A stretch of 63,133 nt of DNA, the filler included. It is 15 parts of 15 records of this genome, joined end to end, with 100 filler letters (N's around TTAATTAATTAA, not from the genome) between each part and the next. Parts side by side here need not be neighbours in the genome. Positions count along the whole stretch, not along the records: positions 33,233 to 37,710 come from SRR7504441_20941; positions 37,811 to 43,860 come from SRR7504441_20947; positions 43,961 to 47,648 come from SRR7504441_20954; 12 more parts are not named here. One strand, given 5' to 3'. Made by a program: the position numbers and the translations under genes. Below the pieces are notes generated by a model. That model was not told the DNA's origin and did not search any database. It saw only the letters and a program-made list of their open reading frames with translations. The first letter of the stretch is position 1. Each line of letters starts with the position of its first letter. Below, one piece after another: positions 36,201 to 47,748 of the stretch.

Positions 36201-36439
36201 GAGCTGGCCCGAGTGCCCGTTGATCGATGGGCGCTTGCAGTTTTATGACCAAGATTCTCAAGTACAACACTGCGCTGGTGCGTCTGGAGCATGTGCTTAC
36301 AATCTCGTCCCGCCGCGAGCTTCGGCGGTGCGTTACTTCGTGGTGCACCGTGTTCTCAGTCATCAAAGCGGTGCGCGGCCAGCTTGAAGGAACCTTGACT
36401 GTGCTCAGGCAACCAAAGCGGCTGAGGATACGGCGCTGA
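33298..36439 (+). CDS. EF-hand + long coiled-coil protein, multi-exon
   Basis: EF loops DRHARNGLLSLSEL and DTNRDGGISTREL; successive coiled-coil ORFs joined by about 40-nt introns. Confidence 0.7.
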
Positions 36440-36951
36440 ACAATTTGCAAGGGGTCTCCCAAGCCTTGTTCTCTTCAAAGCATGAAAAGCTCAAAGAGTC
36501 TATAAGTCAGGAGCTTGATTCCATTAGTCAAATCGAGCGGATGCTCATGTAATCTCCGTTGTTGAATGCTCTCTACAGACCGAGTAGGTTCATGTACTCG
36601 TACGTACGCATGTACGAGTACAATCTCTTTTGAGCATTCGTCATAAAATGCAAATGGGCAGTTGCAATAATATTGCAACTATTGTTCTATAGTATATGTA
36701 CTCATCAGTGACGAATACCGCAAAGACCGATGAGATACGTGTACATTACGTGTACATGACATTGGGCCATGTAAGCTTACCTCACGCGCCCACACCATGA
36801 CCGTCCCCACGAGTTGTTTTCACAGCGGAACTGCCATCCAGACCGGCAAGGTATCTAATTGTGCTAAACACGCTAAGTAACTAAAATGCTGCTAACATTC
36901 CGCCGGCAATCGCATCTATATCTGGTATCTTCCAAGGCTGACCAGCCAGGT

Positions 36952-37624
36952 CTAGGTGTCAAACATTTGCTTGAACTCGTCATACTGCAACCCAATCGCT
37001 CACAGCCGGCACCAAGAGCGCCAAGCACCTCGATCTCGCCCGATCCATCTGTGTCCGCCTCCTCAATCAGTTTCTGCCCTGACTCAGCCGCACGCCCAGC
37101 GGGCCCAGACCTTGATGTCGATCGTCAGCCCAAACTGAGTTATGACTGACTCAAGCTTTTTGGCCGCGATGCAACCCGTCTTGTCCGGCTGGCCGCCTGC
37201 AGCCCGCGCTCGGCAACCAATGCCCGCACAAACGGCCACCAAGAGCAACGTACGCCAGCACGGTGTCGCTATCATCGTCCGCCCGGGCATCCCGCTTCTT
37301 TTGGTTTTCGATCACTTTCAGGAACTCAGAGAACTCGATCTCGTTCGAGCCGTCGTCATCCACCTCCGCAATCATCTGCAGGAGCTCCTCGTCGCTCGGG
37401 TACTGACCCATCGCTGCCCCGGTCCGTTGGCCCCTGGAGCAGCCGGCCGCTACCATTGAGTGTGGCCTTGAGCTCCCAGACGTCTATGGTGCCGCTCCCG
37501 TCTTTGTCGAACCGCTCAAAGGCCTGGGGCGGGCTCAGGGATCGGGCTCGGGGTGTAGGGCCGGCTAGCCTGGCCGCCGGGGGCGCACCTCGCGGCACTG
37601 ATCGATCTCTTCCTGGGTCAGCAT
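36952..37624 (-). CDS. Flagellar outer-arm dynein 18-kDa Ca-binding light chain (LC4-like), 6 exons
   Basis: Spliced MLTQEEIDQCREAFERFDKDGSGTIDVWELK..MGQYPSDEELLQMIAEVDDDGSNEIEF..YVALGGQPDKTG..FGLTIDIK..DTDGSGEIEYDEFK; the ALGG..D.TG and FGLTIDI segments are LC4 hallmarks. Confidence 0.82.
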
Positions 37625-37810
37625 TGCCTTTTGCTCCAAGAAAAGGTTGTCCGTTGGAGGTCCTGGGCCCCTGGCAGCAAGGGGTGGCGAGGTTCAGATG
37701 GCAGCCCTGGNNNNNNNNNNNNNNNNNNNNNNNNNNNNNNNNNNNNNNNNNNNNTTAATTAATTAANNNNNNNNNNNNNNNNNNNNNNNNNNNNNNNNNN
37801 NNNNNNNNNN

Positions 37811-38386
37811 GCAGCATGCTAGATAAGTTCCAACAGAACATGTTCTTCGAGATCAGCTCGCCGCCCTCGCTCCGCTCGCACCAGCTGCTCCCGGCGAGCA
37901 TGGAGCGACTCAACGGCAGGTTGCACCTGGTGCTAACCCGGTCGGTAAACCTGCCTAGGCCGGGATGACTCGGGCGGCAGCGTGCTCACACTGGAGCCTG
38001 GGCTGTGGGTGATCTCCTCCTGGGCCGACTCGACCGAGCTAGTCCAGACCATCAAGGCCTCCGCCTGCTGGCCGTGGGTCGGTGGCTGGGGGCCCGCAGC
38101 TGTCTTCCGTGGCCGGCTGGTGGTTGATGGTGGGTTTGTGCTGCGCACCCCGGTGCCCGAGGGCCTGTCGCCGTGCATGGTGGCCAATGTGGAGCTCGGC
38201 GAGGGCGCGGACATCTGGACCGACCGGCCGTGGCTGCGGTTTGTGCTCGATAACGTGCGGTGTGCAGTGCCGCTATTCCGACAGACAGACATCGTAGCCG
38301 ACATCGTGGCGGGCTACCGAGCGGCTTGGCACCAGCACAAGGCCCATGCCGACTTGCTGGCGGCCACGGCGCGCAAAGAGCAGTGA
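37811..38386 (+). CDS. 3' part of a hypothetical protein
   Basis: Coding-like ORF from the contig start; no family recognised. Confidence 0.45.
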
Positions 38387-38511
38387 GCTTCCTATTGCGG
38401 CAACGATACTACTGAACTCGTGAACTGAGCGTACAATACTCGTACGTATAAGTAACATTTACTAAATAGACTACTCGTACTTGTACAGTACAGTACCGGT
38501 GCTGTCGGTGG

Positions 38512-39075
38512 TCATCGTTTGGGGCACTTGCTGGGGCCCTGCACCTGGTCCGGCCGCTTTGTCTTACCGGTGCTCCAGCCCTGGTGCTTGGCCACTAGCG
38601 GGGCGTGCACCAGCTGCTTGATGCACTCCAGGCACCGGGCGCTCGCCCCTTTCCTCCACTGGCCTTTGGAGAACTTGTCCCTGCCAAGCTCGTGCCCGCA
38701 GTGGCTGCACTTCCGCATCTCCGGCGCGAGCGCCTCTGCTGCTGGCTCCGAAGCCTCGGCGGCAGGTTCGGGGGCCGCAGCCTCGGCAGCTGATTCGGGG
38801 GCGAAGCATCCCCCGACTTCGGCAATGACAGCCTGACCGCCTCCTGTCGCCTTGCTCGCGCGCCAATCCTCCACAGCTTTCCGGAACTCCGCCGCCGCTT
38901 CGGCCTCTCGGGCAGCGATGAACGCCGCGTCTTCTGCAGACATCCGGTGCGTGGTGCCGGCCTCGCTTACCGTTGCCTCCGGCGCCTCAGCAGCAGACTC
39001 GGGTGCCACAGTCTCCGCAGCTGCCCCGGGTGCCTCCGCAGCTGGCTCCGCGGCTGCCCCGGACGCCTCCGCCAT
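38512..39075 (-). CDS. A/E/P-rich protein with Stc1-type zinc finger
   Basis: RKCSHCGHELGRDKFSKGQWRKGASARCLEC matches C-x2-C...FSxxQ...C-x2-C. Confidence 0.7.
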   Translation of the reverse strand: MAEASGAAAEPAAEAPGAAAETVAPESAAEAPEATVSEAGTTHRMSAEDAAFIAAREAEAAAEFRKAVEDWRASKATGGGQAVIAEVGGCFAPESAAEAAAPEPAAEASEPAAEALAPEMRKCSHCGHELGRDKFSKGQWRKGASARCLECIKQLVHAPLVAKHQGWSTGKTKRPDQVQGPSKCPKR

Positions 39076-39183
39076 CTGGCCCTTTGTGAGCGCCGCCTGT
39101 CTCAGCGTGCGGCCGCCGGTGCTCGCTCGAGTAACGGAATTCTCGAGTCCTTGCACCGGCCGCTCCGTCGTGAGGGCGTGTGG

Positions 39184-39996
39184 ATGCTGGGCGGATGGTC
39201 AGCCGAGCAACCCTCGGGTCAGCAGGAGGCCGGCACCAAGCTACTCGGGCTGCTGACCGGGGTGTCGTATGTGAGCGGGATCGACTATTTCAGAACGATC
39301 AACAAGCGCACCGCCGAGCTGGTGCCGACCGACCGCTGCCGGCGCATGCCCAAGAACGCCCGGTTGGCGCTGGCCTGCGTGGATTGCGACGTGTATGTGG
39401 ACCTGCTGGAGCGGGGCGACCTGGAGGCCTGCGCGGCCTACCTGATCAGGGACGGGGTGAGCCGGCTGGTGGCAGCCGGGGCTGAGGTGCTGGTGATTGC
39501 GAGCAACACGGCCCACCTAGTTTGCGAGCCGGTCAGCCGCCAGTTCCCCGAGCTGCAAGTGCTGCACATCGCCGACACCACCGCGGCGGCGGTCAAGGCC
39601 GCCGGGATGACACGGGTTGGGCTGCTAGGGACCCAGCCTACCATGCAGGAGGGCAGCTGGCTCATTCGGCGGCTGGAGGCTCACGGGCTCGGAGTGGTGG
39701 TGCCGTCGGACGAGGCTGACCGCAGGCGGTGCTACGACATCATATGCCAGGAGCTATCGTTTGACGTGCTCACGGAAGCATCGCGGGGGTTCTTTGTTGG
39801 ATTGGCCAGGAAGATGGCCGCGGAGCAGGCTGCGGAGGGCGTGGTGCTGGGATGTACGGAGATAGAGCTGCTCGTACGGCCGGAAGACATCCCAGAGTGC
39901 CCGCTGTTCCAATCGGCAGCGCTGCACATGGAAGCAGCAGTGCAGGTGCATCTCGGGCTAGTGAATTTGACTCAGCTCGCCCCTAGTACAACTTGA
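39184..39996 (+). CDS. Aspartate/glutamate racemase family (RacX/YgeA-like)
   Basis: LGLLTGVSYVSGIDYF, IASNTAH, LHIADTTA, VGLLGTQPTM, VVLGCTEI. Confidence 0.9.
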   Translation: MLGGWSAEQPSGQQEAGTKLLGLLTGVSYVSGIDYFRTINKRTAELVPTDRCRRMPKNARLALACVDCDVYVDLLERGDLEACAAYLIRDGVSRLVAAGAEVLVIASNTAHLVCEPVSRQFPELQVLHIADTTAAAVKAAGMTRVGLLGTQPTMQEGSWLIRRLEAHGLGVVVPSDEADRRRCYDIICQELSFDVLTEASRGFFVGLARKMAAEQAAEGVVLGCTEIELLVRPEDIPECPLFQSAALHMEAAVQVHLGLVNLTQLAPSTT

Positions 39997-40152
39997 CCGA
40001 TACAATGTCAAGATTGGCTCTATTAAATGAAGGCTAAACTGGAAATCAAAACGGTATTCGCATTCATAATTAGATCAACGGAGCCTTTTAATAACATAAC
40101 GATTACTCAATCTCAAGACCTGTTCGGAGTGGCCAAAATGCTGGAATAAGAA

Positions 40153-41597
40153 ATGCCGTCCACAGGTCCGGGGAGGGCGTGTGCAGGCGTCGAGCCGGGC
40201 GACAGGGGTAGGGTTTGGCACCCGGCATGTCGGTGGGCCTGGGAAGCTGCTCACTCGCGAGGAACGCGCGCTGTACGAACGGAGCGGCGTGATAGCACCT
40301 CGGGGCCCCAAGAAGAAGGCACCGCGGGCTGACATCGCCACAGCCGCCACTGCAGCTTCTGCACTGGCCTACGCTGTGGCCGCGCGCACACTGGCGCAGT
40401 ACGACATGCCCGATCCGAACCCAACGAGCAAGCGGTGAGTGGAGGGCCGTGGCCATTACTACGCTGACCGGCACTATTAGATGCGTCGTATGCAAGTGCA
40501 GCCTGGTGAAGACCGAGATTGAGCGGCAAAACGAGATACCCCGACCGGTGCCCACTCCAGCAGCTGGCCTGAACGAGGCGGCAGGGCGTTTGCGAGGCCT
40601 GCTCGTGGCCAGTGACTGCGGCAAGGGCAGTCAACGTGTTTGCCCTGCGAAACCTGTGACCAAATCAGCGGCCTGGACTGACCCGTGTTAATGCAGGGCT
40701 GATACCCGAGCTCCCACCGAGCCCTGTATCGACCAGGGCGACTTCAAACCCCTGCAGCCGAGGATTAGGTCGGCAGCCCGGCAGAGGCCGCAGCGCGGGC
40801 CTCAGCTGAGTGGTATTGTGCCTGCTGGGGTTTTGGCTGCTGAGGCTCGAGACCGAGCACAGCCCAAGTCTACCCGCTACCTCAAATGGCGGCCCACGTC
40901 CGCAAAGCCGTTCGACCGCGTGACTGGGCTTCGAAAAATAGGCCGAGTCTTCTTTATAATAAACAGCAAACTTCATGCAGGGACATGCACGACAGATGTC
41001 TGGCGGCGGAAAAGCCAAGTAGAGGAAATCTGGCGCTGGTTGAATCTCGAGCGCCGGCTGTGGGGATTGCCTGTCATATGGTGTGGGTTGCTTGGCTGTG
41101 TCCCCGGAGATGAGCTCTATCAGCATTTCCGTTCGGGTGGCGACCAAGATCGGCAGCAAGCAGGACAGGACTCGCGGCTGGAGATTGCCCGGCCGGCCGC
41201 AGTTAGAGATGCTGACCAAGGGCTGTTGTTCATAGATCCCCATCAGAGCGAATACAGGGGACCAGCTCGGTTCACCAAGCTGCCAAGTCCCACTTCAGGG
41301 ACGATAGAAGATTTCATTCTGTATTCAAGTGGTTCAATCGTGTGTCAGGGTCACTGGCAGCTACCCAAGGTCACGGAGATCACATGCGACTCGCAGGAAC
41401 ATTGGAAATCTCTCCCGAGTAGAGCTCGCCGATGTCCGTCGGAGCATCTGCCGTTGGTCGCGGAGCTCGCCCTTGTCTCCGGCGTCGACGTGTACAAAAG
41501 AGAAGTGTTTGACCAGCTATCTTATAAGGCCAAAATCCTTGACGAAGAACGAGAGCAACTTCGCAGGAGCGCCCCGGAGCTGGCTCTCATCAACTAA
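40153..41597 (+). CDS. Hypothetical multi-exon protein with CxxC pairs
   Basis: Chain of short ORFs separated by GT..CTGAC..AG introns; CVVC and CEAC; final 259-aa ORF; start uncertain. Confidence 0.45.
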
Positions 41598-41782
41598 TGA
41601 CGTAGCGCACTAGAGTCGTGTAAATCGAGAATCAATCGATACATCGCGTGATGGAAGCTACATGGAAGCTAATGGAAGCCGCGCGAATAAAATAATTTGA
41701 TACTCACTATACACCAGCTCCTTCAGGACGTGGACTTAGCTGACGATCCTGTAAACTAAGTGCTAGCTAAGTGTAAGCTGAA

Positions 41783-43174
41783 CTAAGGGTAGTTCCAGGT
41801 TGTTCTGAACCGACCGACGTTGAGTATGGTTGCTGTAGGCCTCAAAAGGGTTGCTGCATCGTGGCATCCTTTGGTCAAGCTCCAGTTCCGGCGCTCCACT
41901 AGAACACACGGTGCCTTTATGAGCTCATCCACAATCATTTGCCAAAACGAGCGAATGCCCGTGTTATAGAAATTATTCCACTCAGGGTCTCCCAGCTTGC
42001 CAAGCCTGTGAGTGTCGTCGACTATCTGGCCATCCATCATCAACCACTGCCCCTTCATGCAACCAGCACTCTCCACAGCTGTCCGAACACTCGGCAGCGC
42101 CAACAGCTCGGCAGCGTCGTACAACTCCCCCCCGACCTCCCGCACCGCGCCCGCAGACGACGCTGGAACGACCAGCGTAGCTAACCCGAACCAGCCTGGG
42201 GCAAAGTATGCATGCGCTAGGCAGCCGTCTCCAACAGGACCGAACAGCATGGCGGCCGGAAGCACCAGCATGACAAGCGCCATCAGCGCCGTGCCAGCCA
42301 GGCACTCGCCGTGCGCGGAGAGGTCCGCGCGCAGCAGCACGTGCACCAGGCTGCAGCACATGGTGTTCCACCCGATAATAAACACGCGGCGGCGGCCCGG
42401 CGGCAGGTTCCCCACAAGTCCCAAATAGACGATGATGTACAGATGCATGCCGGTGCTGAACACCCCGGCGCACAGCTTGACCCAGCTAGCAGCCCGACCC
42501 GACCATACTACCACCAGGAGCAGGCCAAGCACTGCTTCCAACCCGACCCCGACACCACTCAGCCACCGGCAAGCCGTGCGGTGGTGCGTCGGGTCGGGCA
42601 GCAGTGCCCCCAGGGCGGCGTTGAGCGGGGCGAACACGGCGGGGGCTACCTGCGCGTGAAAGCTCGGCGAGAACAGTTTTGCGAGGCCGCTCCAGAGGTA
42701 GAGACCGGCCAGCATCAGCAGTAGATTGCCTGGAGCGTCTGGCAAGAGCAGCGCCGTGAGCCCAGCCAGCCAGTAGTGCGTGTAGACTAGCCGCCAGCCG
42801 TCGAGCAAGCAGAGCAGCCACATGCAGCCCACCGCGCCCCCGAGCCCGAGCCAGTTACCCCCGGCCAGCCCGGCAAGAAACAGCCCGGCGAGAAGCTGGT
42901 TGGGCCAGCGGAGGCGGAACGCCCACCGAGATACTGGGGCGAGCACCGGGAGCACAGGCCACAGCGGCAGCCGCCGGCTCGGCCGGAGCAACCACATGGT
43001 GCCGAGCCGCACTGCCACTTCGGAGGCGGTGCCGGCCAGCAGCAACTGCCTCAGCGCGGCTAGGCAGCCAGCCGGACTGGACACGTCGGCCACTGCCACC
43101 AGCAGCGCGTGCGGCACCTGGAGGCCCAGGACCGCCCAGCGCACCCGGTGGAGCCACTCATCCCAGCGCTTCAT
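41783..43174 (-). CDS. HTTM-like multi-pass membrane protein
   Basis: YLWSGLAKL, GLEAVLG, GMHLYI, GWN; many TM helices. Confidence 0.6.
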   Translation of the reverse strand: MKRWDEWLHRVRWAVLGLQVPHALLVAVADVSSPAGCLAALRQLLLAGTASEVAVRLGTMWLLRPSRRLPLWPVLPVLAPVSRWAFRLRWPNQLLAGLFLAGLAGGNWLGLGGAVGCMWLLCLLDGWRLVYTHYWLAGLTALLLPDAPGNLLLMLAGLYLWSGLAKLFSPSFHAQVAPAVFAPLNAALGALLPDPTHHRTACRWLSGVGVGLEAVLGLLLVVVWSGRAASWVKLCAGVFSTGMHLYIIVYLGLVGNLPPGRRRVFIIGWNTMCCSLVHVLLRADLSAHGECLAGTALMALVMLVLPAAMLFGPVGDGCLAHAYFAPGWFGLATLVVPASSAGAVREVGGELYDAAELLALPSVRTAVESAGCMKGQWLMMDGQIVDDTHRLGKLGDPEWNNFYNTGIRSFWQMIVDELIKAPCVLVERRNWSLTKGCHDAATLLRPTATILNVGRFRTTWNYP

Positions 43175-43190
43175 CCGAGCCCCCCAATTT

Positions 43191-43200
43191 TAACGGATTT
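43191..43200 (+). promoter_or_regulatory. Representative YAACGG putative core-promoter motif in a 43-bp divergent spacer
   Basis: TTTTAACGGATTTT here and at 53199-53212; the same core occurs in 10 of 11 divergent spacers (see findings). Confidence 0.65.
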
Positions 43201-43217
43201 CTTACCCGCTCGACTCG

Positions 43218-43765
43218 ATGCCAGAGGATAACCAGTCCTCGGACGGGGAGGACGTCCCTCCGGACCTGAGCGACGAGGAGGAGGGCGCTGCAGCCCGGCC
43301 GGACGCTCTCACCGCGGCGGTCGAGCTCTGGTGCGGCTCGCCCGAGTTCGAGAACACCTGGAGCGAATGCTTCGACCGGTGGGCCGGGCCGGCGGCACAG
43401 GCTAACCGGCCGGCCAGCGCCATGCAGGGGCAGGGCTCGCACGGCCGGCACATATCGCTCGAGGTGGTGATCGCCACTGTGCAGAAGGTGCACGAGCAGC
43501 TGCCGCCGGGTGCCCGCCCACCCGCCACCACCCCGAGCCTGCTGCAGAGCTGGCCGGGTGCCTGCCGGAGCCGGACGCCGAGTTCGTCCGCACAGCGCTG
43601 CAGCAGGTGCGGAGTGACGTCTGGGAGGGTGGGGAGGGCGGGCAGGTGCTGCCGCAGCTGCTGAAAGAAGGCATCGACGAGAATGACGTGCCCACCGCGG
43701 TGCAGGTGGTGGCCTTACAACTGGCCGCGGCGGTGGAGCTGCTGGCCGAAGCCGGGGCGTGCTAG
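43218..43765 (+). CDS. Small hypothetical protein, 3 exons
   Basis: Acidic N-terminus; two approx. 38-nt GT-AG introns lead to TAG at 43763-43765. Confidence 0.5.
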
Positions 43766-43960
43766 TGATGCCAAGTCTGCAGTGCAGATGTTACGATTAT
43801 GATTATGACAGATGGATACGGCTTAATTTAATAGACCTTTCTCCATAAATCGAAAATAATNNNNNNNNNNNNNNNNNNNNNNNNNNNNNNNNNNNNNNNN
43901 NNNNTTAATTAATTAANNNNNNNNNNNNNNNNNNNNNNNNNNNNNNNNNNNNNNNNNNNN

Positions 43961-46900
43961 GACTGCAGCACCGTCGCCCGATTCAGCGGGCACGAGCTTG
44001 AGATACAGAGCCTGGCATGGCGGCCCGGAGGGCAGGTACTGGCCTCAGCAGCCAAGGACCGCACAATCAGGCTGTGGGAAGTGGGCCGACAGCAGCAGCT
44101 GCAGTTCGTGACCAGCCCCAAACCCGACGGGGGCAAGCCGAGCTGGGTGACGCTCGCGTGGACTGGCAGGGCTGGCCCGGACAATTCGGCTCAGCTGATA
44201 TCGTCTGGGCCTAAGGGCGAGATGCTCGGCTGGAAGCTCGAAGGCAAGCCGAGCAGCAAGCGGTTTGCCAACGGACACACAAGGATGGTGTTTGGGGCCA
44301 AGGTATTCGGAAACCGTATGGTGAGCGTCTCGATGGACCGGGAGCTGATTGTGTGGTGCCTGGGTACGCACAAGGTGCTCCATAGGGTGAGCACGGTCGG
44401 CGGGCTTGTGTATGGGCTGGCGTGCAGCGAGCCCGATGCACACAGGCTGGCAATCGCCACTGGGGACAAGCTGATCCGGCTGTGGGAGCTGACCGACCCG
44501 AGCCCGGGCTACCAGGTCGAGACGCTCTGGCGCGGGCTGAACGAGAAGGTGACCGCGCTCTGCTGGCATCCGGAGGTGGCCGGGATCCTCGGGTACGGGA
44601 CTGAGCAGGGCAAGGTGTGCCTGACCGGGGGGGTGGCAAGCGGGGCCAGGTGGGGGTAGTCCGGCCGGATGAGGGGGTCAACCACCAGTTTGGCAGCCTG
44701 CACTCGGGCACAGTTTACTCGCTCTGCTGGTCTGCGACAGGGTTGCTCTCTTGTGCGAACGATGGCAAGCTTCTCCAGACCTGCTTCGCGCCCGAGCTGG
44801 CTCAAGATAGCTGCTGCGACGGTGGGAGTTCGGAGCTCGGTGCTCAGTGCCGGGAGGTCAACCCCGGGCTAGCCGAGCAGTGGACTGGATCGAGCAAGCT
44901 GTGCGAGGCCGCTGTGGACCCGAGCAAGCAACTGCTGGCGCTGGGCCGGACGGATGGGTCGGTCTATCTGCTAAAATTCCCGTCGCTGTCACTGCTTGGC
45001 ACAGCCAAGGAGCACACCAGGTTTGTATCATGTCTGAGATGGCGTGGATCAGCACTAGCCTCGGGTTCTGACGATGGCACGATCCGAGTGTATGATACGA
45101 CTGCAACTGGTGCTGGCTCGCTTGTGTGTAACTGTATGATCGCTGGACACTCTGCTGGGGTGCCCTGCATTAGTTGGAACCTTGGCTCCGAAGCACTGCT
45201 AGCTTCTGCCTCTTACGATGGCACCGTTCAAGTGTGGGATGTTAGCTCTGGAGCCCCAATCGCGAACATGCGTGGGCACACTGGCCGCGTGCTCGCAGTT
45301 GAGTGGTCGCATACTGTACCAAACATGCTCATGTCCGGTGGCGATGACCAATCCGTCCGAACCTGGCAGCTAACAGCCCAACCAGAGCACACGCGCCCGC
45401 CTTTGAAGCGACCCAAGCAGACTAAGCCCAAGCCTGTCCGGCCATCTGAGCCTGCAGTCATCGCTCCAGCCCAGCCTGCCCGGCCGGAGCCCGGGCCGAC
45501 CAGCGCACTGTTTGCCGGCCTAGGCAGGGCCTCGCCCAATCTCGACTGTCTGGCGCAGCAGGTGCGCCAGTCGATGGCTCTGGGCTGATCTGTCTTGCAG
45601 GCGGTCAAGCTGATGGATCAACCGCAGACTGAACTGGAAGCTGCGGCGGGTGAGGACGCCGGATTTCTTACCGGGGGAAGTCTGTTGGAGCCTGTGCTGC
45701 ACGGGCTGGACGACGGACGGCGGGTCAGCTGCTGTGGGTCTTCAGTTCTGACGCACAGTTTAGTATTGGACGGATGGGGTGGCAAAATTAGCGAGCTTTG
45801 TTCCCAGAGCGAGAAGCTCACGCCAGAGCTTGTGATGCTACTTGGAGGGTGCGGGCACGATGTGTGGGCCGCTGGAGTGGCAACGCTGGCCAAAGAGCGG
45901 GAGAGCAGCGGTGACACGCACACAGCGGTGTGCTTGTTTGGTTGGCTTAATGTGGTTTAAACCGACGGTGTCAGGTTCTATACTGGCTAGGCATACACGA
46001 GCCTCACGAAGCTATCAGGTGCTACATGAGGGCGTCGATGTACAGGGAGGCTGCTGTACTTGCCCAGCAGCGACTAGCCGCTGGCGACAGCCTAATGGCC
46101 GAGCTGTACACCAATTGGGGAAACTTTTACTCAAGGAACGGTGCAGTTGAGGCCGCAGCCAAGTGTTTTGTAGTGGCTGGCGATACTGGACTGGCAGTCG
46201 CTGCGCTTCTTCGGCGCACTAATTCGCAGAGTGGCGAGAACATCAAGGCGGCGGCACAGATTACTGAAAGAAATGGAGAGGGCTCAGAAGCAGCTGCGCT
46301 CTGGCTAAGGCATGGGCTATATTGTCAGGCGAGCCAACGATGGAGTGAGGCAAAAGAATCCTTCGCAAGAGCTAGAGACAGCACTGCGCCATTAGCAGCT
46401 CTGTGTGTTGAGCAAGAATTGAACCGGCTGACCAGCAGTCCGGCCAAAGGACTGACTCCCAGTACCTCTAATGGGCTAGGCCAATGGGTCGATTGGGTGC
46501 TTGAGCAGTGGCAGAGCAGCGGAATTGATCACGCCAGCTTGAGGGCAGCTGACTTGACCACCGCAACGGGAAGCAGCACACAGTTGCCGATGCTACTGTC
46601 TGCAGCTGTGGTGCAATTCTGTACTGAGCCGGTAGATTGGGGGGCGGGTCTGCAACTTTGGCACCAGGCGGTGCATTTATGCGGGACGGGCGCCAGGTGG
46701 GAAACAGTAGACGCCTTGCTTCGTGTATTGGATCCAGAGTGCACCCATTGCTTCTCGCGCTGGCTGGAGGTCAGTCCAGGTGAGCGGGCTGTGCTCGAGG
46801 CGCTGCAAGCCTTGGATGCGATGAGCAGGGGGTACCAACTGTGGTGGCGCTTTCCAGAGCAGTTTAGTTGTGAGGCAGTACGCTCGATCGAGTATGATCT

Positions 46901-47338
46901 TCTTGGGTCGTCTATGGGAGAAATCGCCTTCAATCGACAATTGCTCAACACAAGGCAACAGCTCTTGAAGGGGCACAACAACCGGAATCTTTCGACCCAC
47001 GATGAAATGCTGACCGCCATCGAAGCAGATTGCGCGGTGACTAGCTCCCATACGCACAACCAGAACGAATAACCTGGTAGTCTAATTGTTCACGACGGCT
47101 GGTGCAGGTGTTGCAGGAAGAACTTATACAGCAGCCAGTGCCGTATCTTGATATCTTAGAAGCTCTGTCGCTCTTATGCTGTCTCTACGCGTGTGTTGGG
47201 GACTCCGATAGTTGCCTCCGCTTAGCTAACCTAGGGAAAACTGCAAGCTTCGTGGATGACTCAATCGAAGCGAATTCTGCATCAACCGTGTTTTCAACCT
47301 TGTGGCTTCTAGAGCGCGCAAAACTTCTGAACGAGTAA
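43961..47338 (+). CDS. GEMIN5: Gemin5-like WD40 + TPR-like protein (5'-truncated), multi-exon
   Basis: GHELEIQSLAW, SVSMDRELIVW, LAIATGDKLIRLW, KVTALCWHP..LGYGTEQGKV, MYREAAVLA, EAAAKCF, all characteristic of Gemin5. Confidence 0.8.
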
Positions 47339-47748
47339 ATGATTAAAAGTTATGCCCAGGCCTTGTTGTTAGTTGATTGTCAGTTATTGATGGTAACTCT
47401 CGTACAAGTACCACATTAACCGACACGTGCACGTAACGTGCACGATCTAGTCAACGTCAATAACTATGTGCACCGAGTCAGAGCTATGCGAGCTATGCTA
47501 GAGCTATTATAGATGTGTCCTCGTTTGCGGTACTCACCCTCAGTGCCGTAGAGACGGAGTAGAACTGTAGACGGTAGAGTGAGTGATGTTGTTTTGTTCT
47601 GTTGCCAATTTCAAGGTCGTACTGATGTACTGATGGTGTACCAGTGGGNNNNNNNNNNNNNNNNNNNNNNNNNNNNNNNNNNNNNNNNNNNNTTAATTAA
47701 TTAANNNNNNNNNNNNNNNNNNNNNNNNNNNNNNNNNNNNNNNNNNNN

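Noticed and set aside
47340-47648. LTR of the copia element
   Set aside because: It lies on a different contig across a spacer; no LTR, PBS or PPT is visible on the element's own contig.
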